IMG/VR virus record: IMGVR_UViG_3300017589_000249
Span: 1-42,783 of that record
Length of the DNA: 42,783 nt
From: a virus
Lineage: Duplodnaviria; Caudoviricetes
Direction: 5' to 3' (one strand)
The first letter of the stretch is position 1. Each line of letters opens with the position of its first letter. The position numbers were made by a program, and so were the translations under genes. Below the pieces are notes generated by a model. The model did no database searches. It had not been told where the DNA came from and saw only the letters and a list, made by a program, of their open reading frames with translations. Positions 27,047-37,185 of this stretch are shown in pieces.

Positions 27047-27360
27047 GAATCCCCTTACCAGATGGGGATTTTGGACAAGCTGTTCTGGATAAATATATAG
27101 AAGTAGAGGAATGGCAAGAGCTTTTCCAAATGAGTACCTTAGAAATAAATAGAATATCGAAATATTCTGGTCTCAATTTCAATGAGGTTTTGAATCTTCC
27201 TTATAGTATGTATCTTCTTTTAAAGAAGGATAGTTGGGTTGATAGTTGTGGAAAAACCGAAGAGGGAAGAGGATTCCTTAAAACACTTTGGAGACTGCAA
27301 CAAACTAAAGCTGATACAAATAAGATAAGAGAATTCAATAGCGAAAGGAGGCATAAGTAA
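27037..27360 (+). CDS. -1 frameshift extension of the tail chaperone (gpGT-like)
   Basis: Heptamer CCCAAAC 27037-27043, hairpin AATCCCC/GGGGATT 27048-27070, -1 frame open into ORF 27130-27360. Confidence 0.85.
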   Translation, partial: PKLRIPLPDGDFGQAVLDKYIEVEEWQELFQMSTLEINRISKYSGLNFNEVLNLPYSMYLLLKKDSWVDSCGKTEEGRGFLKTLWRLQQTKADTNKIREFNSERRHK

Positions 27361-30050
27361 TGGCCTCACTAACAGGTGGAATAAAATTAGCACCCTTATT
27401 AGTAGATATCCAAACCGATATAGCAACCTTTAAAAGCGATATGTCAAGAGCTTCTGCTATAGGGGTAACTGAGGCTAATAAAATTAGTCAGGAACTTGCT
27501 ACTACAACTAAAGTTGGCGAGAAATTAGCAGGCATTGGGAATAAACTTACACTTGGATTAACTGTTCCATTAGTTGGGGCAGGATTAGCTACAGGAAAAC
27601 TTGCTATGGATTTTGAAAGCAGTTTTGCTAAAGTCTCAACACTTTTAGATAGTAATGTGGTTGATTTTGACACTTATAAAAGGCAGCTATTAGATGCTTC
27701 AGATGTGAGTAAAATCGCTGTTGGAGAATTTAGTGATGCTGTATATGAAGCCATATCTGCAGGGGTTGATCAGACAAAGGCCATAGGGTTTACTACTGGA
27801 GCTATGAAATTAGCCAAAGGTGGATTTACTACTGGGGCAAAGGCTGTTGATGTAATGACTACGGCAATAAATGGGTATAAGTTAAAAACAGAAGATGCTA
27901 CAAGAATTAGTGATTTGCTTATTGTTACACAAAATATAGGTAAAACCACAGTTGATGAATTAGCATCAAGTATGGGTACAGTTATCCCAATAGCAAGTGC
28001 AGCTAATTATGGAATAGAAGAATTAGGAACAGCTTTTGCATTAATGACTAAAAATGGTATTGCGACAAGTGAAGCAGGCACTTATGTTAAATCTATGCTT
28101 AGTGAATTAACACAAAGTGGAAGTGCTACTGATAAAGTATTAAGAGAATTATCAGGGAAAGGATTTGCCGATTTAAAAAAAGAAGGCAAGAGTACTACGG
28201 AGATATTTTCAATATTAAATACCTATGCTCTAAAAAACAATATAACTCTAAAAGATATGTTTGGTTCTGTTGAAGCTGGTAGTGCTGCTATGGTATTAGC
28301 TAGTGGTGATGGAAAAGAATATAATGATATATTAACTCAAATGGGGAATAGTGCAGGATCTACTCAAGATGCTTTTGAAAAGATAGATGCTACTCCAGCT
28401 GAAAAACTAAATGGTGCTTTAAATAAAATGAAAAACTCAGGAATAAAAATGGGAGCTAGTTTAGTCCCAATAATCAATAAAGTATCCGAAGTAATAAGCA
28501 TCCTTGCTGATAAATTTAACAACTTAACTGATGAACAAAGGGAAAGCATCTTAAAATGGGGAGCTGTAGCTTTAGCAATTGGACCAGTTTTTAAAATTGT
28601 TGGCGGAGGAATAAAAGTTTTTACAACTCTTAAGCCATTAATTGTAGGAGTAGGAAGGGCATTAGGAGTATTTAGAGCTGCAGCTGTTGTAGCAGTTCCA
28701 GCTGTAGAAGGAGTTGGTGTAGCTGCAGGTGCGGGTGCAACTGGTCTTGGTGCATTAACTGGTGGGTTAGGAAGTGCAGCTATTGCGGCTGCTCCATTTG
28801 CGCTTGCTATAGCTGGGGTTAGCCTTGTAGCTTATGGTGTTCATAAAGCTCTATCAAAGGAAGTAATACCAACGGTGGATTTATATGCTGACACTATATA
28901 TAAGGCCGCAAATGGCACTTTTGAAAGTGTTACTAAAATAAGTGCTTCAACAAAAACTGCAGTTGGCGCATACATGGAAATGGATACAAATGTGCAAAAA
29001 AGTTTATTAAATATGAAGTTTAATAATACTACAGTTACTCAGGAGGTTGTTACTGATTTGACTACGAAGTATTCAAACATGGGAAAAGCTATTACGGCTG
29101 AATTAGATAAAGATTATAATGCCAATTATGGAGTGTTGCAAAAGTTTTTCTCAGAGTCCTCAACTTTAACAACTGAGGAACAGTCTAATATGATGTTGCA
29201 ATTACAGACCCATTATACAAATGAAAAAATTAATACTCAAACAGCTTTAACTGAAATTCAAACAATATTAACTACTGCTAGCAATGAAAAAAGGGGCTTG
29301 AAAACAGAGGAATATACAAGAATTAATGAATTAAACAATGGCATGAAAACTAGTGCAGTGAAAGCATTAAGTGATACTGAAAAGGAAAGTGTGGCAATAT
29401 TAGCGAGAATAAAAGATTCGGATGGTAGACTTACTGCAGAAACAGCAGCTGAACACGTTAAGGCTTTGGAAGGTCAAAGGGTTAAAACCATTGAACAGGC
29501 AGAAATAGAATACCAAGAAAGATTAAGAGTTGCTGAGGCAATCAGATCTGAAGGAGGAACTAAGGCCGAAGAAGCTGCAGAGAAATGTATAGCAGCAGCT
29601 GAATTACAGAGGAAAGAGACAATAGAAAAAGCCAAACAAACGAAAACTGAAGGTATAGATGTTTTGAGTCAATCCTACACAGACTTGGAGAATAATGTAG
29701 ATACTAAGACTGGAAAAATATTAGATTGGTGGGGAAGCTTAAAAAAATGGTATGATGGTTGGAAACCTGATTTTTCAAATTATGGGCCACAAGCTCCACA
29801 GTATGATGCAAGTGGTAATTATGGTAACCATGCTTATAATGGCTTATCCTACGTGCCAACAGATGGATTTAAGGCGACTTTGCATAAAGGAGAAAGGGTT
29901 CTCACCTCAGAAGAAAATAAGGCAATGACTCAGGGTAATTCAGGGAGTAATGATGTAAGCCAAACACTGAATTTTTATGGAAGAGTTGATAGTCCTTATG
30001 ATGTTGCAAAAGCAAGTAGAAAAGCCTTTAGAGATGTAAGATTTGCATAA
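27360..30050 (+). CDS. Tape measure protein (TP901-like)
   Basis: AMDFESSFAKVSTL, GKTTVDELA, Ala/Gly-rich hydrophobic core, LHKGERVLT. Confidence 0.95.
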   Translation: MASLTGGIKLAPLLVDIQTDIATFKSDMSRASAIGVTEANKISQELATTTKVGEKLAGIGNKLTLGLTVPLVGAGLATGKLAMDFESSFAKVSTLLDSNVVDFDTYKRQLLDASDVSKIAVGEFSDAVYEAISAGVDQTKAIGFTTGAMKLAKGGFTTGAKAVDVMTTAINGYKLKTEDATRISDLLIVTQNIGKTTVDELASSMGTVIPIASAANYGIEELGTAFALMTKNGIATSEAGTYVKSMLSELTQSGSATDKVLRELSGKGFADLKKEGKSTTEIFSILNTYALKNNITLKDMFGSVEAGSAAMVLASGDGKEYNDILTQMGNSAGSTQDAFEKIDATPAEKLNGALNKMKNSGIKMGASLVPIINKVSEVISILADKFNNLTDEQRESILKWGAVALAIGPVFKIVGGGIKVFTTLKPLIVGVGRALGVFRAAAVVAVPAVEGVGVAAGAGATGLGALTGGLGSAAIAAAPFALAIAGVSLVAYGVHKALSKEVIPTVDLYADTIYKAANGTFESVTKISASTKTAVGAYMEMDTNVQKSLLNMKFNNTTVTQEVVTDLTTKYSNMGKAITAELDKDYNANYGVLQKFFSESSTLTTEEQSNMMLQLQTHYTNEKINTQTALTEIQTILTTASNEKRGLKTEEYTRINELNNGMKTSAVKALSDTEKESVAILARIKDSDGRLTAETAAEHVKALEGQRVKTIEQAEIEYQERLRVAEAIRSEGGTKAEEAAEKCIAAAELQRKETIEKAKQTKTEGIDVLSQSYTDLENNVDTKTGKILDWWGSLKKWYDGWKPDFSNYGPQAPQYDASGNYGNHAYNGLSYVPTDGFKATLHKGERVLTSEENKAMTQGNSGSNDVSQTLNFYGRVDSPYDVAKASRKAFRDVRFA

Positions 30051-30068
30051 GAAGAAAGGGGGTTTAAT

Positions 30069-30938
30069 ATGAAAATAGATATAATAAATCAAAGAACTAA
30101 CAATTCAATATCGTTAGATTCTTATATATATGGAATGGGGGTACTAATTACAAGCTTTTTACCTGGTAATGTACCTGCTACATTTAATAAGGTAAAAGGA
30201 ATTAATCAATAAGGATCATCACTTCTATCTACCACTGTTGAAAATAGAGAGGTAGGAATTGAAGCTATCATTCTTGGTAATGATAGAGTTGAGATAGAAA
30301 CTATTAAAAGAAATATAGATGATGTATTAAATCCCTTGGATACTTTGGTTATTAAATATAATGATGATACTATTCATAAGGAAATAGAGTGCTCTGCTGA
30401 TGCTACACCATTATATTCTACAGATTATAAAACTAATAATGATTATGCTCTAGCCTTCCAAGTTAGTTTTGAGTGTTTTAATCCTTTCTGGGTTGATCAA
30501 GAAGAAACAATTCTCAACATAGAAACTTGGGAGGGTGGAATTGAATTTGATTTTGAACTGCCATCGGATGGTATAGAATTTGCAATAAAGGGTCTTAATG
30601 AGTTAGAAATAACTAATTACGGAAATGTGAGAGCTCCTCTAGAGATATTTTTTAAAGGACCTGCTTTAAACCCTTCCATAACTATGGGAGGTAATTTTAT
30701 AAAAGTTAATAGAGCTATTGCAGATGATGAGAGTTTATATATAAATACATCATTTAATGATAAAGCTGTAGAGATAACAAAACTAGGAATAACCGAAAAG
30801 GCATATCACTATATGGATATTGACAGCAGTTTTTTTACTTTAGAGCCTGGAGTCAATATGATTAGTTATGCTACCGAGGGGGACTTCCTGCCACAGAGTG
30901 TAATTATAAAATTTAAAGGACATTATTTTAGTTTATAG
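30069..30938 (+). pseudogene. Distal tail protein (Dit) interrupted by in-frame TAA at 30210-30212
   Basis: ATG 30069 with AAAGGGGG RBS is in frame with ORF 30336-30938; single stop at codon 48 of 289; F.C.NPFW, N.GNV.AP, FF.LEPG.N.I motifs. Confidence 0.85.
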
Positions 30939-30951
30939 GAGGTGATTAACA

Positions 30952-31608
30952 ATGGCAGAGTTTGGTGGTTTTTTTAATAGTGTGAGCGGGGATAGAAAAT
31001 ACAAGTCAGAAGATTTTTCAAACTATTTTAAGACCTTTATGGGAACAGGAATAAATCCTACAACAGATAATCTAAAAGTTATAAAGAAAAGTACTACACA
31101 AATAGGGATACTAGCAGGTAGTGCCTGTATAGAGGGATATTTGTATCTTAACAATTTGGAATTAACAAAAACTATTTCTAGTAATGTGACAAGAGTAGAC
31201 AGAGTAGTTCTTAGGTTAGATATAATAAATAGAACATTAGGAATTGTTGTGGTAAACGGAACGGCAACTAGTCCTCCAGTTCTTGTCAGAAATAGTTCAA
31301 TGTATGATTTATCATTAGCAAAAATAACTATAAAGGGTTCGGTGGTGACTGTAGAAGATGAGAGAGGTCAAAGTAGTTTATGTGGCTATATGAAGTTCAT
31401 GGGTAAAGATGATCTGCAATCAATGTGGAATATTTTTAATGCAGAATGGGCATCTAAAAAGGTTCTAGTAGATACTGAATGGTTAGACAAAAAGAATGTC
31501 TTTGATACTTGGTTTCTAAATATGCAAGGAAAGGGCCTAAGGGGTTCCTATATCCAATCATCCACCCCGGTAGGGGATACTGCTGGTGATATATGGATAC
31601 AAATTTAA
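30952..31608 (+). CDS. Baseplate/tail structural protein
   Basis: GFFNSVSGDRKY...DF..YF, RVDRVVLRLD, YDLSLA.I, DER....CG pattern of Firmicute siphophage baseplate proteins. Confidence 0.75.
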   Translation: MAEFGGFFNSVSGDRKYKSEDFSNYFKTFMGTGINPTTDNLKVIKKSTTQIGILAGSACIEGYLYLNNLELTKTISSNVTRVDRVVLRLDIINRTLGIVVVNGTATSPPVLVRNSSMYDLSLAKITIKGSVVTVEDERGQSSLCGYMKFMGKDDLQSMWNIFNAEWASKKVLVDTEWLDKKNVFDTWFLNMQGKGLRGSYIQSSTPVGDTAGDIWIQI

Positions 31609-33068
31609 AAATATTTGATAATGAGTTCACCTTTTTGGGAGATATAGAAGACTATATCTCTTTTTATTTTGTTCGAAGCTTTTTTCAAGCTAAGGAATTT
31701 CAACTTGTGGTTCCTATTAAATACATTGATATTTTAAAAGATGGGAATTATATATACCTCAATAAATACAAATCTATGATTATTGAGGATATAACAATAG
31801 ACGAGGATAAATATCTTATTACAGTCAAGGGCAGAGACATAAAAAGTATCATTGAGAGAAGAATAACATTACCTCCTGCAGGGTTAGCTTATGATGAATT
31901 TAAAGGAAATGCAGAAAGTGCTATAAAATATTATGTGGATAAACATTGTATTAATCCAATAAATGCATCAAGAAAAATTCCTTATTTATCAATAGCAGTA
32001 AATAAAAATAGAGGGTTAAGTGTTAATTGGCAAAGCCGGTTTAAAAATCTAACTTCTGAAATTGAAAGTATTGCTAGAGTAGGAGAAGTAGGTTGGTTTT
32101 TATATTTAGAACCAAAAGCAAAAAAACTCATATTTGAAGTAGAAACTGGTATTAACAGAATTGCAGCTCAATCGGTTAATTCAAGAGTTATTTTTTCTAG
32201 TGAGTATAGTAATATCTCAAATACTACCCATACTAGCAGTTCAATTAGTTATAAGAATATTGGCTATGTGGGAGGGCAAGGTGAAGGTGTAGGAAGAGAA
32301 GTCCAAGAAGTAAAAAAGAAAGATGCTGCAGGTTTAGATAGAAGAGAAATATTTATAGATGCAAGAGATATATCAGCAAGTGAAAATTTAAAGGATAGGG
32401 CATTAAGTAAACTAAGTGCTTATGATTATGTAAATAATACCGAGTCTACTATCTTAGATCAGAATCTTCTATATGAAAGAGATTGGGATCTGGGAGATTT
32501 AGTAACTGTTAAAAGTAATCTTGAAAGTCAGAATCTAAGGATAACAGAAGTTAGAGAGATATACGAAGGCTCCAGAGTTGTAGAAATAGTAGTTGGAAAT
32601 ATAGGTAATACTGTGATAGAGCAAATGAATACCGATATATCTAGTACTCCATCAGAAGCAGGGACAAGCCAGCAAATATGGTACCCGACAATAGTTGATG
32701 GGGTTATCAGATGGGAACTTACTAGTTATTTGAAAACTCCTTTAGGACAAAGTATAAGGGGACCTCAAGGTATTCAGGGTGTACAAGGATTAAAAGGAGA
32801 TCAAGGTGCTACTGGAACACAAGGTGTAATTGGCGCTCAAGGAATAGAAGGACTTAAAGGAGTTCAAGGTATTCAAGGAGTGAAAGGAGATACTGGTGCT
32901 CAAGGAATTCAAGGGGATAAGGGGGATACTGGTGCTCAGGGGATACAAGGATCAACTGGATTACAAGGGATACAAGGTGTTCAAGGAGTAGCAGGTGATG
33001 GAACACCAATAGTGATCCAATCAATTCCACCTACCCAGACGACTGGTGCAGTTTGGATTCAAATATAA
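31593..33068 (+). CDS. Tail spike/Tal-like protein (ReqiPepy6 gp37-like) with C-terminal collagen repeats
   Basis: YVGGQGEG..R, GLDRREIFIDARD, YERDWDLGDLVT; long G-X-Y triplet run. Confidence 0.8.
   Translation: MDTNLKIFDNEFTFLGDIEDYISFYFVRSFFQAKEFQLVVPIKYIDILKDGNYIYLNKYKSMIIEDITIDEDKYLITVKGRDIKSIIERRITLPPAGLAYDEFKGNAESAIKYYVDKHCINPINASRKIPYLSIAVNKNRGLSVNWQSRFKNLTSEIESIARVGEVGWFLYLEPKAKKLIFEVETGINRIAAQSVNSRVIFSSEYSNISNTTHTSSSISYKNIGYVGGQGEGVGREVQEVKKKDAAGLDRREIFIDARDISASENLKDRALSKLSAYDYVNNTESTILDQNLLYERDWDLGDLVTVKSNLESQNLRITEVREIYEGSRVVEIVVGNIGNTVIEQMNTDISSTPSEAGTSQQIWYPTIVDGVIRWELTSYLKTPLGQSIRGPQGIQGVQGLKGDQGATGTQGVIGAQGIEGLKGVQGIQGVKGDTGAQGIQGDKGDTGAQGIQGSTGLQGIQGVQGVAGDGTPIVIQSIPPTQTTGAVWIQI
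32758..33000 (+). repeat. Collagen-like coding repeat (GIQG/GAQG/GDTG)
   Basis: CAAGG-rich 9-bp periodicity. Confidence 0.9.
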
Positions 33069-33080
33069 AGGAGTGATATT

Positions 33081-34250
33081 ATGACACAAAAAAATGCTAA
33101 ATACCAAGTCAAAAATGCTACGGGAACATATGATCAAATGATGTTCGAGACATTATCAAATCAAGTCAAAATGGCGTCAGGAGCCAACCTTGAGACTAGA
33201 TATGAGATTAGTTATTACGTGGCTCAAACTGGGTTAGACACCAACGATGGTTTATCTCCATCAAGTCCTTTTAAAACTATTAATCAGGCTCTTAAGACCA
33301 TCCCATCAGCAGTTAATCATGATGTTGTTGTTAATGTTGGAGTTGGTAATTATTCAGAAGATGTTGTATTAGAGGGGCATTTTGGTGGAGGAGAGATTAA
33401 AATAATCGGAGAGGGCTTAGCCGATGTTATAATTAATTCTTTCTTTGACAGTAGTAATGCCAGGGTTAGTATATCTGGTATTTCGACATTTAGTGCACCA
33501 AACACGTTGCAATATTCTTTTGCTAAGGTTCGACCGGGGTATTTAAGTATTGATGACTGTAAATCGGAGGAACCCCGCGGGGAATCAGTTGGGGTGTATT
33601 GTAGTACAGGGGCCGTAATATATATTACTAACTCTGAAATAACACATAAAACTAAAGCCTTTTATGCAACATTAGGTGGTAAAATAATTTTAGGACCTGG
33701 CAATAGAGGTCATAATAATGATGTCGTTTGCGTTGCCGATACTGGAGGAGAAATAGTAATACCAACTAGCGTTTATACTAAGCCTGAGGGTGATGCACCT
33801 GCGAAATTAGAGTTAGGCGGTAGAATTATAGAGGGGGCATACGACGTAATGGAATATGGGTCTTGTACAAATTCAAGTGCTCAAGCATTACCGGCAGGAG
33901 TTAATACTACTATAATGTTGAATACTACTGGGGCATTAGGACGCCCCCACACTAGCCTATCTGGAAATTCATTAATCATTAATGACCAGGGTTATTATAT
34001 GATCATTGCCCGTGGGGTAGTCGGGGTACCAACTGGTAAAGCCTCAATTCTATATGTATATAGAAATGGAACGATGGTATGGGTGGATAAACAAGGAGAT
34101 GTAATGTCCACTGGTACTAATTATCATACCTTAATAACTTTTGTTAATGCGGTGCCAGGGGATAAGTTAAGCATGACCGTTCAACAAACTGGCGCTACAG
34201 CAGGTACCTTTTCAGCCAATGGTTCAATTGTGGCGATTAAAATGTCTTAA
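33081..34250 (+). CDS. Tail fibre / receptor-binding protein
   Basis: YYVAQTGLD.NDG.S...PFKTI.QAL beta-helix start motif; C-terminal beta-sandwich-like domain; visibly higher GC. Confidence 0.7.
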   Translation: MTQKNAKYQVKNATGTYDQMMFETLSNQVKMASGANLETRYEISYYVAQTGLDTNDGLSPSSPFKTINQALKTIPSAVNHDVVVNVGVGNYSEDVVLEGHFGGGEIKIIGEGLADVIINSFFDSSNARVSISGISTFSAPNTLQYSFAKVRPGYLSIDDCKSEEPRGESVGVYCSTGAVIYITNSEITHKTKAFYATLGGKIILGPGNRGHNNDVVCVADTGGEIVIPTSVYTKPEGDAPAKLELGGRIIEGAYDVMEYGSCTNSSAQALPAGVNTTIMLNTTGALGRPHTSLSGNSLIINDQGYYMIIARGVVGVPTGKASILYVYRNGTMVWVDKQGDVMSTGTNYHTLITFVNAVPGDKLSMTVQQTGATAGTFSANGSIVAIKMS

Positions 34251-34270
34251 TCTAGAATTGGAGGTATAAT

Positions 34271-34573
34271 ATGAAAACTATAAATATAAAAAAAGATAAT
34301 TATTATTTAGAACAATTAATGGATGAAATAGTGGCACAAAAGGCTATGGATATAACTTGTGAATATTTGTTAGGTGATGAGAAAAGTGTAACTTTAATCC
34401 TCCAAGATGTTACTAAAGAAGATATATTAAGGGCTATTGTAGAAAATCATGTTCCAAGGTTAATTCCAGTAGAAGAGCCTAAGTCAGAAATAGAAATATT
34501 ACAAGAAGAGGTAATTAATCTGCAATTAATGATTGTAGATTTAACTTATAATAATTTAATAGGGGGAATGTAA
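34271..34573 (+). CDS. Tail fibre-associated protein/chaperone
   Basis: Position; C-terminal coiled coil SEIEILQEE. Confidence 0.55.
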   Translation: MKTINIKKDNYYLEQLMDEIVAQKAMDITCEYLLGDEKSVTLILQDVTKEDILRAIVENHVPRLIPVEEPKSEIEILQEEVINLQLMIVDLTYNNLIGGM

Positions 34574-34574
34574 A

Positions 34575-34721
34575 ATGTTATATAATTTATTAAAAAATTT
34601 AATTGCTAAAAGCAGATTTACTAAAGAGGATATGACTAATAAACTTAATGTATTTTTTGCTTTTAACCAAATCACAGAAGAACAATACACTGAGTTGTTA
34701 GAGACAGTAACAGTGGCGTAA
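34575..34721 (+). CDS. XkdX-like small protein (48 aa)
   Basis: KLNVFFAFNQITEEQYTELL motif; terminator follows (34721-34752). Confidence 0.75.
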   Translation: MLYNLLKNLIAKSRFTKEDMTNKLNVFFAFNQITEEQYTELLETVTVA

Positions 34722-34784
34722 GAACTTACTAAATATTATAGTAGGTTCTTTTATTTTGTAAAAAATTAAGGGGAGTTGGGGCAT

Positions 34785-34970
34785 ATGCAAGATGAAAGAG
34801 AAAATGTACAAGAAATAAAAGAAAGATTAGTGAGAATAGAAACTTTACTAGAGGTTAATAACAAGGATCTATTCAATAGACTTAAGAAACTAGAAGATAA
34901 TCAATCATGGCTAATTAAGACTGTTGCTGCAGCTATTATTGCTGGAGTAGTGGCTTTATATTTTAAATAA
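34785..34970 (+). CDS. XhlA-like lysis membrane protein
   Basis: ERLVRIET coiled coil, LEDNQSWL, C-terminal TM. Confidence 0.8.
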   Translation: MQDERENVQEIKERLVRIETLLEVNNKDLFNRLKKLEDNQSWLIKTVAAAIIAGVVALYFK

Positions 34971-34987
34971 AGAGGAGAGATGTAAAA

Positions 34988-35278
34988 ATGGAACTTACAA
35001 ACTTATTAAAATTTATCCCAGAATATTTATTAATATTGGTGGTTGTAACTTATGTGCTCGGTATTGCATTTAAGAAAATGGAATATGTCCCTGATAAGTA
35101 TATTACTTTGTTGTTACTAATATTTAGTATTACTTTTGCAATATTGCTATGTATTATAAATGGGCAATATAAGACTATGCTAGAGGCTACAGTAAATGCA
35201 ATATTGCAAGGCATACTATGCTGGGGCGTAGCAGTAGGAATTAATCAAACAGCAAAACAAATAGGAAAAGATGAGTAG
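34988..35278 (+). CDS. Holin
   Basis: Three TM segments, DKYITLLL, AILQGILC.GVAVG.NQ. Confidence 0.88.
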   Translation: MELTNLLKFIPEYLLILVVVTYVLGIAFKKMEYVPDKYITLLLLIFSITFAILLCIINGQYKTMLEATVNAILQGILCWGVAVGINQTAKQIGKDE

Positions 35279-35333
35279 CCAATGGCTGCTCTTTAATTTT
35301 GAGAAAATATTAAAAAGGATAGGTGATATAAAA

Positions 35334-36191
35334 ATGAATATAATTGATAAAAATTTAGTCTTTGGAAATATGGACAATGGTAACAACCCAAATAAACTTG
35401 TTGTTCACCATCTAGAAGCAGAAGGATCAAACTGGACAGTAGAAAAAATACACAATATGCATCAGACAGAGGCCCAATTTATGTTTGCTGGAATAGGATA
35501 TCACTATTATATTAGACTATATGGGACAATATATAAAGGTAGACCAGACTATGCAGTAGGAGCACATTGCAAAGGGGTCAATCAAGACACATTAGGCATA
35601 GCATTTGAAGGTAATTATGATGCTAGAACAGAAATGCCGACAGTCCAATTTAGTGCGTGGTGTGAATTAAAAGCTTACCTAGTTAGTAAACATGGTTCTT
35701 TAGGGGTATTTGGGCATAGAGAAGTTGGATCAAGCGCTTGTCCTGGTAGATATTTTCCTTTAGATAAAATTAAAAACGGAGAAATTGCAGTCGTTACTCC
35801 AAAGCCTAATGTAACATATTCAACTCATGTACAAAATATAGGTTGGCAAGAAACAAAGTCAAATGGACAAACTGCAGGAACTACAGGAAAGTCATTAAGA
35901 TTAGAAGGTATAGCAATTGATTATAATGGAGAAGGACATTTAGAGTTCCAATGCCATATTCAAAATGTAGGTTGGCAATCTGCTAGAAACGGTGGAGAGA
36001 TTGGAGGAACTTTAGGTAAGTCATTTAGATTAGAGGCAATAAAGATTTCATTAGTAGGTACAGAGAATCATGTAGCTTATAGGGTACACATTCAAGATGT
36101 AGGTTGGACAGATTGGAAACAAGATGGAGCAATAGCTGGCACTGTAGGGGAATCCAAGAGAGTAGAGGCTATAGAAATTAAGATAGTATAA
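35334..36191 (+). CDS. Endolysin: N-acetylmuramoyl-L-alanine amidase (Amidase_2) with ChW repeats
   Basis: VVHH, GIGYHYYI, GAHC.G.N, GHRE...SACPG; three HVQNIGW...G..AGT.G...RLE ChW units; AGGTGA RBS favours ATG at 35334. Confidence 0.93.
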   Translation: MNIIDKNLVFGNMDNGNNPNKLVVHHLEAEGSNWTVEKIHNMHQTEAQFMFAGIGYHYYIRLYGTIYKGRPDYAVGAHCKGVNQDTLGIAFEGNYDARTEMPTVQFSAWCELKAYLVSKHGSLGVFGHREVGSSACPGRYFPLDKIKNGEIAVVTPKPNVTYSTHVQNIGWQETKSNGQTAGTTGKSLRLEGIAIDYNGEGHLEFQCHIQNVGWQSARNGGEIGGTLGKSFRLEAIKISLVGTENHVAYRVHIQDVGWTDWKQDGAIAGTVGESKRVEAIEIKIV

Positions 36192-36201
36192 AATTATCAG
36201 A

Positions 36202-36239
36202 GGTAGTGTAGGATTAAGTGCCTATGCTGCCTTTTTTTT
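36202..36239 (+). terminator. Terminator, copy 1 of a direct repeat
   Basis: GGTAGTGTAGGATT-AAGTG-CCTATGCTGCC-T8. Confidence 0.85.
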
Positions 36240-36312
36240 ATTTTGTAGAAAACTTGTTCAAAATGTAGAAATATTATACAATTACAATATCAAGAAAAAA
36301 GGGGGATTAATA

Positions 36313-37155
36313 ATGAGTAATTTAATGATAATATTATTTTTAATATGCCTAGTTTGTTTGGTGATAGGTATTATAAAACCAAATATAGTAATAAGATGGG
36401 GAGATTTAGAAAAAAGAAATAGAAAAAATGTATTAAAATATTATGGTATAGGATTAATTATTACATTTGCTTTAATTGCGGTTACAATGCCTAAAGTTAA
36501 AAAGACAGAAGATAAATCTACAACAGCTCAAGTGGAAGACGCAGTAGAAGAACAGCCAAAAGAGAAGACTACAGAAGAAAAAGCAGCAGAAGCTACTAAG
36601 GCTGCAGAAGCACAAAAAGCAAAAGAAGAGGCAGATGCTAAAGCGGCAACTAAGGCTGCTGAGGAAAAGGCTGCAAAGGAAAAAGAGAATAGTAAAATTA
36701 AAGCCGGAACGTATAAAGTAGGTACAGATTTATCTGCTGGAGAATATTTAGTTATTGCAAAGAGTACTTGTTATGTAGAAAGTTCTACAGATAGCAAAGG
36801 CACACTAGAAAGCATTGTATTTAATGACAATGTACAGGGATCTACATACGTTACAATACATGATGGAGAATATTTCAAATTACAGGGTGGTGAAGCTTAC
36901 CCTGTAGATAAAGCTCCTTCTATAGTTCCAGCAAATGGGCTTTATAAAGATGGGATGTACAAGGTTGGAAAAGATATACCTGCTGGGGAATATAAAGTAT
37001 CATTAAATGGTTCTATGGGTTATCTTGAAGTTGCTACGGACAGTACACATCAATTAGGATCTATAGTTACCAATGATAATGTACAAGCAGATACTTATAT
37101 AACTGTAGCAGTTGGGCAATATTTAAAATTGAAATCTTTACAGATCCAAAAATAA
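36313..37155 (+). CDS. Membrane-anchored moron protein (2 TM, Ala/Lys/Glu linker, two G.YKVG.D..AGEY domains)
   Basis: Own promoter TTGTTC-N17-TACAAT (36254-36282); internal domain duplication. Confidence 0.8.
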   Translation: MSNLMIILFLICLVCLVIGIIKPNIVIRWGDLEKRNRKNVLKYYGIGLIITFALIAVTMPKVKKTEDKSTTAQVEDAVEEQPKEKTTEEKAAEATKAAEAQKAKEEADAKAATKAAEEKAAKEKENSKIKAGTYKVGTDLSAGEYLVIAKSTCYVESSTDSKGTLESIVFNDNVQGSTYVTIHDGEYFKLQGGEAYPVDKAPSIVPANGLYKDGMYKVGKDIPAGEYKVSLNGSMGYLEVATDSTHQLGSIVTNDNVQADTYITVAVGQYLKLKSLQIQK

Positions 37156-37185
37156 GGCAATGATAATTAATAAATTTATTCGTAG

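Noticed and set aside
30210-30212. Stop-codon reassignment in the phage
   Set aside because: TAA terminates many neighbouring genes, only one internal stop was found, and I saw no suppressor tRNA
32758-33000. CAAGG-periodic repeat as a non-coding array
   Set aside because: Fully explained by collagen G-X-Y coding
33081-34250. Diversity-generating retroelement or invertible tail-fibre cassettes
   Set aside because: No reverse transcriptase, no template/variable repeat pair, no inverted alternative fibre ends; the res sites are 14 kb or more away
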